DNA of 64,000 nt, from contig JBBQUR010000010.1 in the NCBI GenBank assembly GCA_038212275.1, positions 123,432 through 187,431 on the forward strand, written 5' to 3'. The notes beneath the pieces are model-generated. The model did not search any database, had not been told where the DNA came from, and was given only the letters and a program-made list of their open reading frames with translations. Made by a program: the position numbers and the translations under genes. Position 1 is the first letter of the stretch; the number at the start of each line of letters is the position of its first letter. The stretch is from Planctomycetota bacterium. GTDB lineage: Bacteria; Planctomycetota; B15-G4. Positions 20,278-29,873 of the stretch are shown piece by piece.

Positions 20278-21263
20278 GCCGCAGTCTGCTGCTTGCGCGT
20301 GAGCCGCTTCCCGTCGCCCTTCTTGATGGCTATGGCGATGCGCTCCCCGTCGTCCAGCCCGCGCGTGTTATAGAGGAAGGCGGCTTCGTCCACGTAGCGC
20401 CAAAGGTGCTTCCGGCTGACGGCGTGGTGAGTGCCGTAGAACTTCCGCTTGAGCAGGGAGAAGAAGCCTTCGACCGTGTTCGTGCAAACGTCGCCGCGCG
20501 CGTATTCGCGGATCGAATGGTTGACACGGGAGTGCTTGGCGAAGCCCCGCGTGGCCTTCCGGTACGAGCGGTAGTCGTCGGTCATGATGTGCGACGACGG
20601 GGCAACGTGGCCCTCAAGCTCCGCGCGCAAGGTCTGCGCGGTCACGTTCGCCACGGGTGACGCCCGAACCTCGCCACCGCGCTCCACCATGGCAAAGACC
20701 GGCACCTTGTCGTGCGCGCGGCCAAGCTTGGTCGGATCGGCCGGGCCAGCGTGATACTGCTTGCGGCGAGGCCGACCGCCCACGAAGGTCTCGTCAGCCT
20801 CCACGATGCCCTTGAGCAGTCGCGGAGCCGGTCCCGCGTCGTCGGACATGGCCCAGCGGATGCGGTGCATGAGGAACAGCGCGGACTTGTAGGTAAGCCC
20901 GGTCTGGCGCTGAATCTCAAGGGCGCTCACACCCTTCTTCCCGGCGCAGGCGGCCCAGAACGCATATGCCCAGTGGCGCAGCGGGATCGGGGAGTCCTCA
21001 AGGATGGTTCCGACCCGGACGCTGTACTGCTTGTTGCAGTCCTTGCAGCGCCAGAGGAAGCGACGATTGCGCTTGCCGCTCGCTCGGTCGGTCATCTGAT
21101 AGACCGACACGCTCCCGCAATGGACGCAGGCCGGGCTACCAGCCCAGCGGATGCGCTCGAAGAACTCGACGGCCATGGTCTCGCCCGAGCAGGTGAGCGG
21201 CATCGCCGCGATGATCTCGGACTGGCCCGACGCGACCTTGGTACGGCTGCCCTTGGCATTCAT
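20274..21263 (-). CDS. IS1595 family transposase
   Basis: Zn ribbon (CVHCG...CKDC), VEADETFVGG, IMTDD, TNTVEGFFSLLKR and HAVSRKHL..Y.DE..F.YN. Confidence 0.96.
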   Translation of the reverse strand: MNAKGSRTKVASGQSEIIAAMPLTCSGETMAVEFFERIRWAGSPACVHCGSVSVYQMTDRASGKRNRRFLWRCKDCNKQYSVRVGTILEDSPIPLRHWAYAFWAACAGKKGVSALEIQRQTGLTYKSALFLMHRIRWAMSDDAGPAPRLLKGIVEADETFVGGRPRRKQYHAGPADPTKLGRAHDKVPVFAMVERGGEVRASPVANVTAQTLRAELEGHVAPSSHIMTDDYRSYRKATRGFAKHSRVNHSIREYARGDVCTNTVEGFFSLLKRKFYGTHHAVSRKHLWRYVDEAAFLYNTRGLDDGERIAIAIKKGDGKRLTRKQQTAA

Positions 21264-21271
21264 GGTTGCGG

Positions 21272-21313
21272 ATCATGCGTCATCACTATCTTTGCGTCAA
21301 GGGTAAAATCATA
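21272..21313 (-). promoter_or_regulatory. Transposase promoter within an internal IR-like sequence
   Basis: TTGACG-17 nt-CATGAT ending 8 nt before the ATG; TATGATTTTACCCTTGACGCAAA shares CTT..CGCAAA with the IS end. Confidence 0.5.
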
Positions 21314-21950
21314 GAGAGCGGTTCATGTCGCGAAGAATGTCATCCAGCTTGTCGAGCGTTCGGAGGATGGCGGCGGATAGGTTCTTGGTATCGCCGGTGC
21401 TTAGCAATTCATCCTTCACCCCAAGGATCGGACCGACACGATAGGCCTCCATGGGGCCACACGCTAAGGGTAGGTCTTGGTGCAGCAGATCAACCCAATC
21501 CGAGTAGCGCTTGCCCCATGGCTCGAAACGAGCGAACGGCTGGAAGTTCGGCGGCAGGTCAATGATTAGCAAGGCTCCATCGCGCTTGAGCCCGGCAACT
21601 ATCGCCAGCTTGTTGCGAGTCACACGGCTTGCCTCAAGATTGCCTTCAAGGGCTCGGATGCGGTTCGCTCGCCCTGCGTCGTTGAGAGCGACGACGCGAA
21701 TCGCCTGGACCACCCAAGCGGCCAGTGCGACCAAGAACAGGGCGGCGCCTGTATATGCGAGGTAGCGAAGCTGGCTCTCGGCCGCTGCGGAGTCGCCAAA
21801 CGCGAGCATCAAGCCGATGGCTACCATGGCGACCACCAAGGCCAACACGGCTCCGCCAAGCGGCCAATGGCCGAGTGCGGCCAGCGCCCGCTTGCGGGAT
21901 TCCCGCAACACCTTGCGCCAATACCGCCAAACGATGCCCTGTTTGCCCAT
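21309..21950 (-). CDS. Hypothetical IS passenger protein with two TM helices, a coiled coil and a helical C-terminal domain
   Basis: 213-aa ORF with two hydrophobic segments, inside the IS boundaries. Confidence 0.65.
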   Translation of the reverse strand: MGKQGIVWRYWRKVLRESRKRALAALGHWPLGGAVLALVVAMVAIGLMLAFGDSAAAESQLRYLAYTGAALFLVALAAWVVQAIRVVALNDAGRANRIRALEGNLEASRVTRNKLAIVAGLKRDGALLIIDLPPNFQPFARFEPWGKRYSDWVDLLHQDLPLACGPMEAYRVGPILGVKDELLSTGDTKNLSAAILRTLDKLDDILRDMNRSL

Positions 21951-22038
21951 AGATCGCGAACCTTACCAACCATGCTCATTCCCCGCTTTCCGGCGCTAAT
22001 TGCGCCAAGTACCCACTTCGCGTGGATTGCCGCAAACC

Positions 22039-22770
22039 TTGTCAAGCCAAGCTGATACGTCCGCTGGAGGTGCCGACCGCGAGGCCTCGGCAGCCGGCGC
22101 GACGCTCTCCGTCGCGGCGCTCCGGAGCCTCCCCTCCACGGTGCTGAAGCACGAGGGCGACGGGGCGGCGCGCGTGGTCCGCATCGACCTTCCCGAGGGC
22201 GCGGTGGTGCTCAAGGAGTGGCGCCCCGAGGGGCTGCTCATGGGCTGGTGGGCGCGCTGGCTCATGCGTCGGGAGATCCGGCACTACCGGCTGCTGCTCG
22301 GTGCGCGCGGCATCCCGCGCTACCGCGGCCACGAAGGTGACCACGCGCTGGTGCTCCAGTGCATCGACGGACTGCCGATCAAGCGCCAGCTCGAGCCGGC
22401 GCGCCTGCGCCTCGGCCTCGACTCGCTCGACCGGGTGCTCGCCGAGCTGCATGCGCGCCGCTTCGTGCACCTCGACCTGCACCAGAAACTCAATGCGCTC
22501 ATCGACCCGACCGGCGAAGCATGGCTCATCGACCTCGGCCAGGGACTCAGCGGCAGCTCCGGCCTCGTGAAGCTGGTGGCGCCGGCGCTCTTCCCGCTGC
22601 TGGCTCGCATCGACCGCAACGCGGTGCTGAAGTTCCGGGCGCGCTATGCGCCTGACACGCTGGACCCGGCACGGCGCGACCGCCTCGTCGCGCGCTTCGG
22701 CGGGCGCAGCACGTGGTGGCCCAAGCTGCTCGGCCGTCGTCTGCGCCGACTGCTCACCGGCGAACGCTGA
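22039..22770 (+). CDS. Protein-kinase-like phosphotransferase (RIO1/Kdo-kinase-like)
   Basis: VVLKEW, RE..HY, GIPR, LHARRFVHLDLH..LN.LI and WLIDLG motifs; start uncertain. Confidence 0.75.
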   Translation: MSSQADTSAGGADREASAAGATLSVAALRSLPSTVLKHEGDGAARVVRIDLPEGAVVLKEWRPEGLLMGWWARWLMRREIRHYRLLLGARGIPRYRGHEGDHALVLQCIDGLPIKRQLEPARLRLGLDSLDRVLAELHARRFVHLDLHQKLNALIDPTGEAWLIDLGQGLSGSSGLVKLVAPALFPLLARIDRNAVLKFRARYAPDTLDPARRDRLVARFGGRSTWWPKLLGRRLRRLLTGER

Positions 22771-22912
22771 GCGGCGGCCGCCGTCCGAGCCCGCGCGCGC
22801 CGCGTCGAAGTCCGCGAGATTCGTCTTTTGCTTCGATTGAAACGGGGTTTTGGGCTGCCTACCATCGCTTCCGGTTGGCGAACAAAAACGGAGGGTGAAT
22901 CAAGTGAGTGGC

Positions 22913-23746
22913 ATGGGCAGTGTCGAGCGCGTTCTCGTGCTCGGAATCGTTGTGGTGATCGTTGCGATCCTCGGAATCACGATCTGGGGTGCGGCGGGTG
23001 ACGAACCGGGTGCTGTGCTGGCCGCGACGGATGGCGGCGTGTCCAACATCGTTCCCGGTTCACTCGACGGCATGACGGGCGCGCAGCCCGCCGTGGCGAG
23101 CGCCGAGTCGAACGTCGCGCCGCTCAGCGAGATCGAGAAGATGCGTGAGCTGAAGGCGGCCGAGGCGAAGGAGCGCGGCGTGCAGCTGGGCAACTCACCG
23201 GTCACGCTGCCTGCCTCGGGCCTCGTCGTCGACGCCGGCGCACCGGCGCCCACGGGCGCCGTGCCGCTCGAGAGCAGCGTGAGTGCGGCGCCCGCCACGG
23301 GCACGCCGATTGCGCTGCCGATCATCGGCCCGGAACAGCCGGCCGCGGGCAAGACCTCCGGCCCGGCAACTCACACGGTCGTGTCCGGTGACAGCATCTG
23401 GAAGATCGCGCATCACGCCTACGGCGACGCGAACATCCAGGAGCACATCGACGCGATCCTGGCCGCGAACCCGCAGGTGGATGCCGAGAACCTGAAGATC
23501 GGCACCAAGCTCACGCTGCCCGGTGCGGATGCCAAGGATGTCGCGCGGCAGTCGCCGGCCAAGCAGGTCGCGGCGCTCAGCGGCAGCCTCTACGAGGTCA
23601 AGAAGGGCGACACGCTCTCGAGCATCGCGCGCTCGAAGCTCGGCAACTCGGCCAAGTGGAAGTCCATCTACGAGCTCAATCGCGAGCGCATCCAGGATCC
23701 GGCGAGCATCAAGGCCGGGACGACGCTGCGCCTGCCCAACAACTGA
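22913..23746 (+). CDS. Membrane-anchored protein with two LysM domains
   Basis: N-terminal TM; HTVVSGDSIWKIA...LKIGTKLTLP and YEVKKGDTLSSIA...IKAGTTLRLP. Confidence 0.92.
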   Translation: MGSVERVLVLGIVVVIVAILGITIWGAAGDEPGAVLAATDGGVSNIVPGSLDGMTGAQPAVASAESNVAPLSEIEKMRELKAAEAKERGVQLGNSPVTLPASGLVVDAGAPAPTGAVPLESSVSAAPATGTPIALPIIGPEQPAAGKTSGPATHTVVSGDSIWKIAHHAYGDANIQEHIDAILAANPQVDAENLKIGTKLTLPGADAKDVARQSPAKQVAALSGSLYEVKKGDTLSSIARSKLGNSAKWKSIYELNRERIQDPASIKAGTTLRLPNN

Positions 23747-23868
23747 GCCGGCTTCGCCAGCCCTGGGTCGTACGAGCGCGGCGCGCGCGATGTCGGAGCA
23801 CGACATCCGCGCGCCGCGCCCTTTTGTGCCTGTGACTTTTCCGGAGCCCGTCGCGGAGCGCGCATGCG

Positions 23869-25197
23869 ATGAACGACGCCTCGCCCGACGCACCCGCCTC
23901 GCCCGACGCGTCCGCCTCGCCCGCGGCGCAGCGCGGCCTCCACCGCGACGCGTCGCGCGTGCTCGTCGGCCTGATGTCGGGCACCTCCGCCGACGGCATC
24001 GACGCCGTGGTCGTGCGCCTGACGGGTGCCGGCGAGGCGCCGGACGTGATCGTGCTGTCCCACGAGCACGCCGGGTTTCCGCCTGAATTCAGGGCCAGAC
24101 TGCTGGCGCTTCCCGAGGCGCGCGCGGCCGAGCTCGCCCTGCTGCACGTCGCGCTCGGCCGTCGCTTCGCCGCCGCAGCGAAGGCTGCGCTTGCCGCGGC
24201 GGGCGTCTCGGCGGACGAGGTCGCGGGCATCGGATCGCCGGGCCACACCGCCGTGCACCTGCCGCCGCGCGTGCACGAACACGACGCCGCCGATCACGCC
24301 GCCGATCACGATGCCGGGGGCGCGACGCTGGCGCTCGGCGATGGCGACGTCATCGCCGAGCTCACGGGATGCACCGTCGTGTCGGACATGCGCGCGGCGG
24401 ATCGCGCGGCCGGCGGCCACGGCGCGCCGCTCGTGCCCTGGGCCAACGCCCGGCTGTTGCGGAATCGCGGCGGGGCGCGTGCCGATGCCGGCGCACGCCG
24501 CCACGACGTCGTGCGCGGCGCGCTCAATCTCGGCGGCATCGCGAACATCACCGTCGTGCCGCCGCAGGGCGATCCCGTCGCCTTCGACACGGGCCCCGGC
24601 AACATGCTGCTCGATGCGGCCATCGCGCAGCTCACGCACGGCAGCCAGTTGTTCGATCGCGACGGCGCGCTGGGCCTCGCCGGTCGCGTCGACGAGGTCT
24701 GGCTGGAACAGCTCGTGCGCGACGACGACTTCTTCGCGCAGCGGCCGCCGCGCTCGACGGGACGCGAGCGTTACGGCGAGGCCTGGCTCGCGCGGCATGC
24801 GGCGCGACTGACGCGCGGCCCCGCGAGCGAGGTCGCCGCGACGCTGGCGGCCTACACGGTGGAAGGCGTCGTGCTCGCCCTCGAGCGCTTCGTGCAGCCG
24901 CGTCCCGCGGACCTCGTCGTGTCGGGCGGTGGCGCCTTCAATCGCTGTCTCATGGCGCGTCTCGCCGAGCGTCTGCCGGACGTGAAGGTGTGGACCAGCG
25001 AACAGGCGCTGGGCATCCCGGTGCTGGCGATGGAGGCGCTGGCCTTCGCGCTCATCGCGGACGCCACGCTGCGCGGCGAAGCTTCCAACGTGCCGTCCGT
25101 GACGGGCGCGCGCCACGCGGCCATCCTCGGCAAACTGAGCGCGCCGCCGCCCCGGCAGGGCCCTCGTGCTTGCGGCCCGCGCGGAAGCCCGGCATGA
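23869..25197 (+). CDS. anmK: Anhydro-N-acetylmuramic acid kinase
   Basis: GLMSGTSADGID, GG.GAPLVP, LNLGGIANIT, FDTGPGN, STGRE and SGGGA.N. Confidence 0.95.
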   Translation: MNDASPDAPASPDASASPAAQRGLHRDASRVLVGLMSGTSADGIDAVVVRLTGAGEAPDVIVLSHEHAGFPPEFRARLLALPEARAAELALLHVALGRRFAAAAKAALAAAGVSADEVAGIGSPGHTAVHLPPRVHEHDAADHAADHDAGGATLALGDGDVIAELTGCTVVSDMRAADRAAGGHGAPLVPWANARLLRNRGGARADAGARRHDVVRGALNLGGIANITVVPPQGDPVAFDTGPGNMLLDAAIAQLTHGSQLFDRDGALGLAGRVDEVWLEQLVRDDDFFAQRPPRSTGRERYGEAWLARHAARLTRGPASEVAATLAAYTVEGVVLALERFVQPRPADLVVSGGGAFNRCLMARLAERLPDVKVWTSEQALGIPVLAMEALAFALIADATLRGEASNVPSVTGARHAAILGKLSAPPPRQGPRACGPRGSPA

Positions 25198-25206
25198 TCC
25201 CGCGCC

Positions 25207-26067
25207 ATGCAACCCGTACACATCGGCGTCATCGGCGGCAGCGGTCTCTACGAGATGGAAGGGCTCTCGGACATCGAGCGCGTCAAGCCGAACACGAGTT
25301 TCGGCCCGCCGTCTGACGAGATCACCGTGGCCTCGCTCTCGGGCGTGCGCCTCGCCTTCCTGCCGCGCCACGGCCGCGGCCACCGCCTGCTTCCCACCGA
25401 GGTGCCGTCGCGCGCGAACATCGCCGCGCTGAAGAGCCTCGGCGTGCAGAAGATCCTGTCCTTCTCCGCGGTGGGCAGCCTGCGCGAGGACCTCGCGCCG
25501 CGCGACTTCGTCATCCCGGACCAGGTGGTGGACCGCACGCGGCATCGCCCCGACACGTTCTTCGGCGACGGCATCGTCGGGCATGTCGGCTTCGCGGACC
25601 CGTTCGCCAACAAGCTGGGCGACGTGATGTTCGACGCGCTGAAGGGCATGCCCGTCAAGTCGCATCGCGGCGGCACGCTGGTCTGCATGGAAGGGCCGCT
25701 GTTCAGCACGCGCGCGGAGTCCGAGCTGTATCGTTCGTGGGGCTGTCACCTCATCAACATGTCGGCGATCCCGGAGTCCAAGCTCGCGCGCGAAGCCGGC
25801 ATCGAATACGCGCTCATCTGCATGGTCACGGACTACGACTGCTGGCACACCTCGCACGCCGACGTGGACATCCAGATGGTCATCGCCAATCTCACGGCGA
25901 ACGCCGGCAATGCCTGCGAGCTGATCCGCCGGGCGCTTCCCGCCGTGGCCGCCGCGCCGCGCGACATGGCCATCGCCAACGCAAGCGAGTTCGCCGTGAT
26001 CACCGCGCCGGACAAGCGCCCGCCGGCCGCCGTCGCCAGACTGCACGGAATCATCGACGGGATCTGA
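25207..26067 (+). CDS. mtnP: S-methyl-5'-thioadenosine phosphorylase
   Basis: IGVIGGSGLY, LPRHGRGH, AVGSL, EGP.FSTRAES and TDYDCW. Confidence 0.95.
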   Translation: MQPVHIGVIGGSGLYEMEGLSDIERVKPNTSFGPPSDEITVASLSGVRLAFLPRHGRGHRLLPTEVPSRANIAALKSLGVQKILSFSAVGSLREDLAPRDFVIPDQVVDRTRHRPDTFFGDGIVGHVGFADPFANKLGDVMFDALKGMPVKSHRGGTLVCMEGPLFSTRAESELYRSWGCHLINMSAIPESKLAREAGIEYALICMVTDYDCWHTSHADVDIQMVIANLTANAGNACELIRRALPAVAAAPRDMAIANASEFAVITAPDKRPPAAVARLHGIIDGI

Positions 26068-26121
26068 GGCGGGCCGCGAGAGATCCGCGGCGAGGCGCAG
26101 CGGAAGCGGCATGGCGCGCGT

Positions 26122-26697
26122 TCAGCGCGGTGTGCCGCCGCGTTCGAGCAGCATGAGCAGCTCCTGCACGATTGTGCGGCCGGCATCCTGTGCATACCAG
26201 GCCATGACCGGCGCGTAGAAAGCACCGAGTGTCTCCTTCGTCGGTGCGCCGAGAAGCGCGCGACGCGCCCGGAACAGCGCCTGCAGCGGAGCGGGGCGCG
26301 GGCCCCACGCGCCGAGACACTCGCCGTGTTCGTCGCGCACGATCGCGATGGGAATCGCGCGGCCGCCGTGCGTGAGGAAGCGGCTCAGCAGATCCGGGTG
26401 ATCGTCCGATGGCAGGCATCGCAGCGTGAGCGACGGCGCGACCTCCGCGGCGCGTGCGAGGAAGGGCACGGAGCGGAGCGCATCGCCGCACCAGTCCTCG
26501 GTGAGCACGAGCACCTCGCGCGGGCCGGGGAGCGCAGCGAGGCGCGCGGCTTCGTCGGCGTGCACCGTCGCGCGCTGCCAGTTGGCCTCCCAGAGCTCGC
26601 GCTTGTCGTGCACGGACTCGAGGTAGGCGGGCCAGGAGAGGGCGGCATTCCAGCCTGCAGTGATGAGTGTGGACGCGGCGGGCTCGGAGCTGTTCAT
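26122..26697 (-). CDS. Thioredoxin family protein (WCGD type)
   Basis: VLTEDWCGDA, LTHGGRAIP and WGPRP. Confidence 0.88.
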   Translation of the reverse strand: MNSSEPAASTLITAGWNAALSWPAYLESVHDKRELWEANWQRATVHADEAARLAALPGPREVLVLTEDWCGDALRSVPFLARAAEVAPSLTLRCLPSDDHPDLLSRFLTHGGRAIPIAIVRDEHGECLGAWGPRPAPLQALFRARRALLGAPTKETLGAFYAPVMAWYAQDAGRTIVQELLMLLERGGTPR

Positions 26698-26801
26698 GGG
26701 GGCCGAGAATAGCCTCGAGGCCGAAGCCCGCTTGTCGCATGTCGGCCGATGCTCGTGGTGGATTACGCTGCGATGTCCTACTCACTCCCCGGAGCCGCCC
26801 C

Positions 26802-26966
26802 ATGTCCGTCCAAGTGAAGATCTTCAGCAGCAACGCGCGCAGCATGGGAGACATCTGCGCGGACGCGGCGGATTTCGCGACCGAGCTGGGGCCTGAGCGC
26901 CTCATCAACATCAGCCACACGAAGGAAGACACCGCGATCTGGGTCGCGGTCTGGTACTGGGCCTGA
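26802..26966 (+). CDS. Small conserved hypothetical protein (54 aa)
   Basis: GGAG RBS; AADFATELGPERLINISH...VWYW. Confidence 0.65.
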   Translation: MSVQVKIFSSNARSMGDICADAADFATELGPERLINISHTKEDTAIWVAVWYWA

Positions 26967-27144
26967 GGCGGCCGCACGGGCACGCGCTGCGGCACGCTGG
27001 CCGGGACCGTCGGGGGCGGGGTATGGTCGCGCGGACGCTCTGCGCCCGCTGTCCGCTTGAGATGCCCGGCATGACGGCCGAAAGAGTCGGCTCGCCGCTC
27101 GCGCCTCCCGCCGCGGGCACGCGCCGTGCAGTGCGCCTCACCCT

Positions 27145-28506
27145 TTGAGGATCCCCGTCTTGACCGTCGACTGGAACGCCGCGAACGCGGCCCACCTGCT
27201 CCGCCGCGCCGGGTTCGGCGGCACGCGCAAGGAAATCGACAAGGCGCTGAAGGCTGGCTTGGACAAGACGCTGGCGTCCCTGCTCAAGCCCGAGAAGTCG
27301 AAGTTCAAGCCGCCCACGTCGGTGGACAACCTGCAGCGGCTGCAGAGCTGGTGGGTGGCGCGCATGCTGAAGAGCAAGCATCCGCTCACCGAGAAGCTCA
27401 CGCTGTTCTGGCACAACCACTTCGCGACCTCGATCGCGAAGGTGGGCGACCTGCAGCTCATGGCGCTGCACATGGGCACGCTGCAGTCATACGCCTTCGG
27501 CACCTTCGAGGACATGCTGCTCGCGGTGAGCCGCGACCCCGCGATGCTCATCTGGCTGGACAACAGGGTCAACTACGCCAACAGCATCAACGAGAACTAC
27601 GCGCGCGAGCTGCAGGAGCTGTTCACGACCGGCGTGCTCGACAGGAACGGGCAACCCAACTACACGGAACAGGAGGTCATCGAGGTAGCGCGTGCCTTCA
27701 CCGGCTGGTCACTGAGCCACGATGAGTTCACGTTCAAGGCCAACAAGCACGACTCCGGCAGCAAGACCTTCAAGGGCGTGACGGGCGCGCTGGACGGCAC
27801 GGACGTCATCGCGATCCTCGCCGCCGATGCGGCCACGGCGCGCCGCATCCCGCAGAAGCTGTGGTCCTTCTTCGCGTACCCGATCGCCCTCGATGATCCG
27901 CTCTGCGACGAGCTTGAACAGCTCTACACGTCCAGCGGCGGCCAAATCGCCGCCGTCCTCGACGGCATCTTCCGGCACGACGCGTTCTACTCCGTCACCG
28001 CGCAGCGCGCGCTGGTGAAGAGTCCGGTGGAGTTCTTCGTCGGCGCGGTGCACCTGCTGCAGGGCAAGCAGCACTCGGGCTACCCGTACGAGATCGGCGA
28101 CGTGCTCGAGGAACTCGGCCAGTCGCTCTTCGCGCCGCCGTCGGTCTTCGGCTGGAAGGAAGGCCTGAAGTGGGTCTCCACCTCGGGCCTGCTCGCGCGG
28201 AACACCCGCGGCGAATGGATCGCCGACGCGCGCGACAAGGATCATCCGGTCCAGTACAAGCCGGCGAAGCTGCTGGGCAAGAAGAAGGACTGGGCAACGC
28301 TGGACGCCGCGGGCCTGGTGCAGCGCGTGCTGGACGAGCTCGATACGACCGCCTCGCCCGCGACGCTCGCCGCGCTGGCCGCCTACGTGCTGGCCGACGA
28401 CAGCGGCGTGCCGCAGCCGCTCGTCATCGATGACGACTTCGTGGACCGCAAGCTGCGCGGCCTGGTCTCGCTCGTGCTCGGCACTCCCGACTTCCAATTG
28501 GCCTGA
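27145..28506 (+). CDS. DUF1800 domain protein
   Basis: AAHLLRRAGFG, EKLTLFWHNHFATS, NENYAREL.ELFT and PPSVFGW; start 27145 or 27160. Confidence 0.93.
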   Translation: MRIPVLTVDWNAANAAHLLRRAGFGGTRKEIDKALKAGLDKTLASLLKPEKSKFKPPTSVDNLQRLQSWWVARMLKSKHPLTEKLTLFWHNHFATSIAKVGDLQLMALHMGTLQSYAFGTFEDMLLAVSRDPAMLIWLDNRVNYANSINENYARELQELFTTGVLDRNGQPNYTEQEVIEVARAFTGWSLSHDEFTFKANKHDSGSKTFKGVTGALDGTDVIAILAADAATARRIPQKLWSFFAYPIALDDPLCDELEQLYTSSGGQIAAVLDGIFRHDAFYSVTAQRALVKSPVEFFVGAVHLLQGKQHSGYPYEIGDVLEELGQSLFAPPSVFGWKEGLKWVSTSGLLARNTRGEWIADARDKDHPVQYKPAKLLGKKKDWATLDAAGLVQRVLDELDTTASPATLAALAAYVLADDSGVPQPLVIDDDFVDRKLRGLVSLVLGTPDFQLA

Positions 28507-28513
28507 CGCCACC

Positions 28514-29755
28514 ATGACCATCTCACGCCGCGACTTCCTCAGGAACTTCGTGCTCGTCCCGGCCGGCTTCGCGCTGCTTCCGCAGAGCCTGCTGCGCGCC
28601 GTCATGGCGCCGTCCGGCGCCGGCACGCGCAACCTCGTGCTCATCGACCTGCGCGGCGGCAACGACGGACTCAACATGGTCGTGCCCTACGGCCTCGCCG
28701 GCGGCACCTACTCCAGCGAGTTCCGCCCGACGCTCGGCGTGCCGCTCTCCGGCGTGCTCCCGCTCGGCGGTGGCATCGGACTCAACCCGGGCATGACCGC
28801 GCTGAAGTCCCACTTCGACGCGGGCCGCCTCGCCATCGCGCAGGGCGTGAGCTACGCGAACCCGAGTTTCTCGCACGAGGTCGCGCAGCGCGTCTGGGAG
28901 AAGGGCGATCCCGGCGACGCCGCGGCGGACGGCTGGCTCGGCCGCTTCCTCGCGGGCCTCGGCGCGCCGGCCTCACCCAACGCCGTCGCCGTCAGCGACA
29001 CGCTCACGCTCGCGCTCACCGGCTCGGGCAGCTTCGTGCCCAACTTCGACAAGCTGTCGGATTTCGCCTTTCCGTCGGACTCCCATCACCCAGGCGACAA
29101 GGGCAATCGCCGCGCGGCGTACTCGGCGATCGCGTCGGGACTCGCAGGCGCGGACTCGCAGCTTGCGACGATGGCCGCCTCGTCCGCCGGCATCCTCGAT
29201 CTCATCGACGTCTTCGCGACGGTGCCGCCCTTCCCGCACGTCGGCACCTATCCCACGAACACGAGCCTCAGCACGAGCCTGAAGCTCAGCGCGCGACTGC
29301 TCAACGCCGACATCGGCATGCGCTACTTCCACCTGCCGTGGGGCGGCTTCGACACGCACGCCGACCAGGAAGTGGATGGCTATCACACCACGCGCATGCA
29401 GAAGCTCAGCGATGCGATGGACGCGTTCTGGCAGGACCTCTCGTCCGTGGGACTTGCCGGCGACACGCTCGTCGTCGTCGTGAGCGAGTTCGGGCGCACG
29501 GTGTACGAGAATGGCAGCGGCGGCACCGATCACGGTTCGGTGAATCCGGTGCTCGTCTTCGGCAACGGCGCGGCCGGCGGATTCGCTTCCGCGCATCCGA
29601 GCATGGATCCCGTCGATCTGGGTGAAAACGGCGAACTGCCGATGACCACCGACCTGCGCGACGTGCTGGGCACGCTGGTCCAGGAGTGGCTCGGAGGGGA
29701 TGCGGGCGCGGTTTTCCCGGGGCATGTGCTGAGCACGCTTCCGCTCGTCGCTTGA
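28514..29755 (+). CDS. DUF1501 domain protein with Tat signal
   Basis: SRRDFL, GGNDGLN, GGFDTH, SEFGR and GTDHG. Confidence 0.93.
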   Translation: MTISRRDFLRNFVLVPAGFALLPQSLLRAVMAPSGAGTRNLVLIDLRGGNDGLNMVVPYGLAGGTYSSEFRPTLGVPLSGVLPLGGGIGLNPGMTALKSHFDAGRLAIAQGVSYANPSFSHEVAQRVWEKGDPGDAAADGWLGRFLAGLGAPASPNAVAVSDTLTLALTGSGSFVPNFDKLSDFAFPSDSHHPGDKGNRRAAYSAIASGLAGADSQLATMAASSAGILDLIDVFATVPPFPHVGTYPTNTSLSTSLKLSARLLNADIGMRYFHLPWGGFDTHADQEVDGYHTTRMQKLSDAMDAFWQDLSSVGLAGDTLVVVVSEFGRTVYENGSGGTDHGSVNPVLVFGNGAAGGFASAHPSMDPVDLGENGELPMTTDLRDVLGTLVQEWLGGDAGAVFPGHVLSTLPLVA

Positions 29756-29873
29756 GTCGTCTGCTATCGGTGCGGGAGCGACAGCCGTTCGGGCGGCAGT
29801 TCCCCTTGACCGCGATCCCGGCGTAGTCTCTTGGGACTCAGACAGGCTCCTGCCGGTCCACGGAGCTCCCAAG

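Larger units (their letters stand above)
18589..22021 (-). mobile_element. IS1595-family transporter insertion sequence with passenger genes (3,433 bp)
   Basis: Terminal IRs: 18591-18610 GAAGTAGGTACTTCGCGCAA versus the reverse complement of 22000-22019 (18/20 identical); 8-bp direct repeat GTGGATTG at 18581-18588 and 22022-22029; internal DDE transposase; visibly lower GC. Confidence 0.9.
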
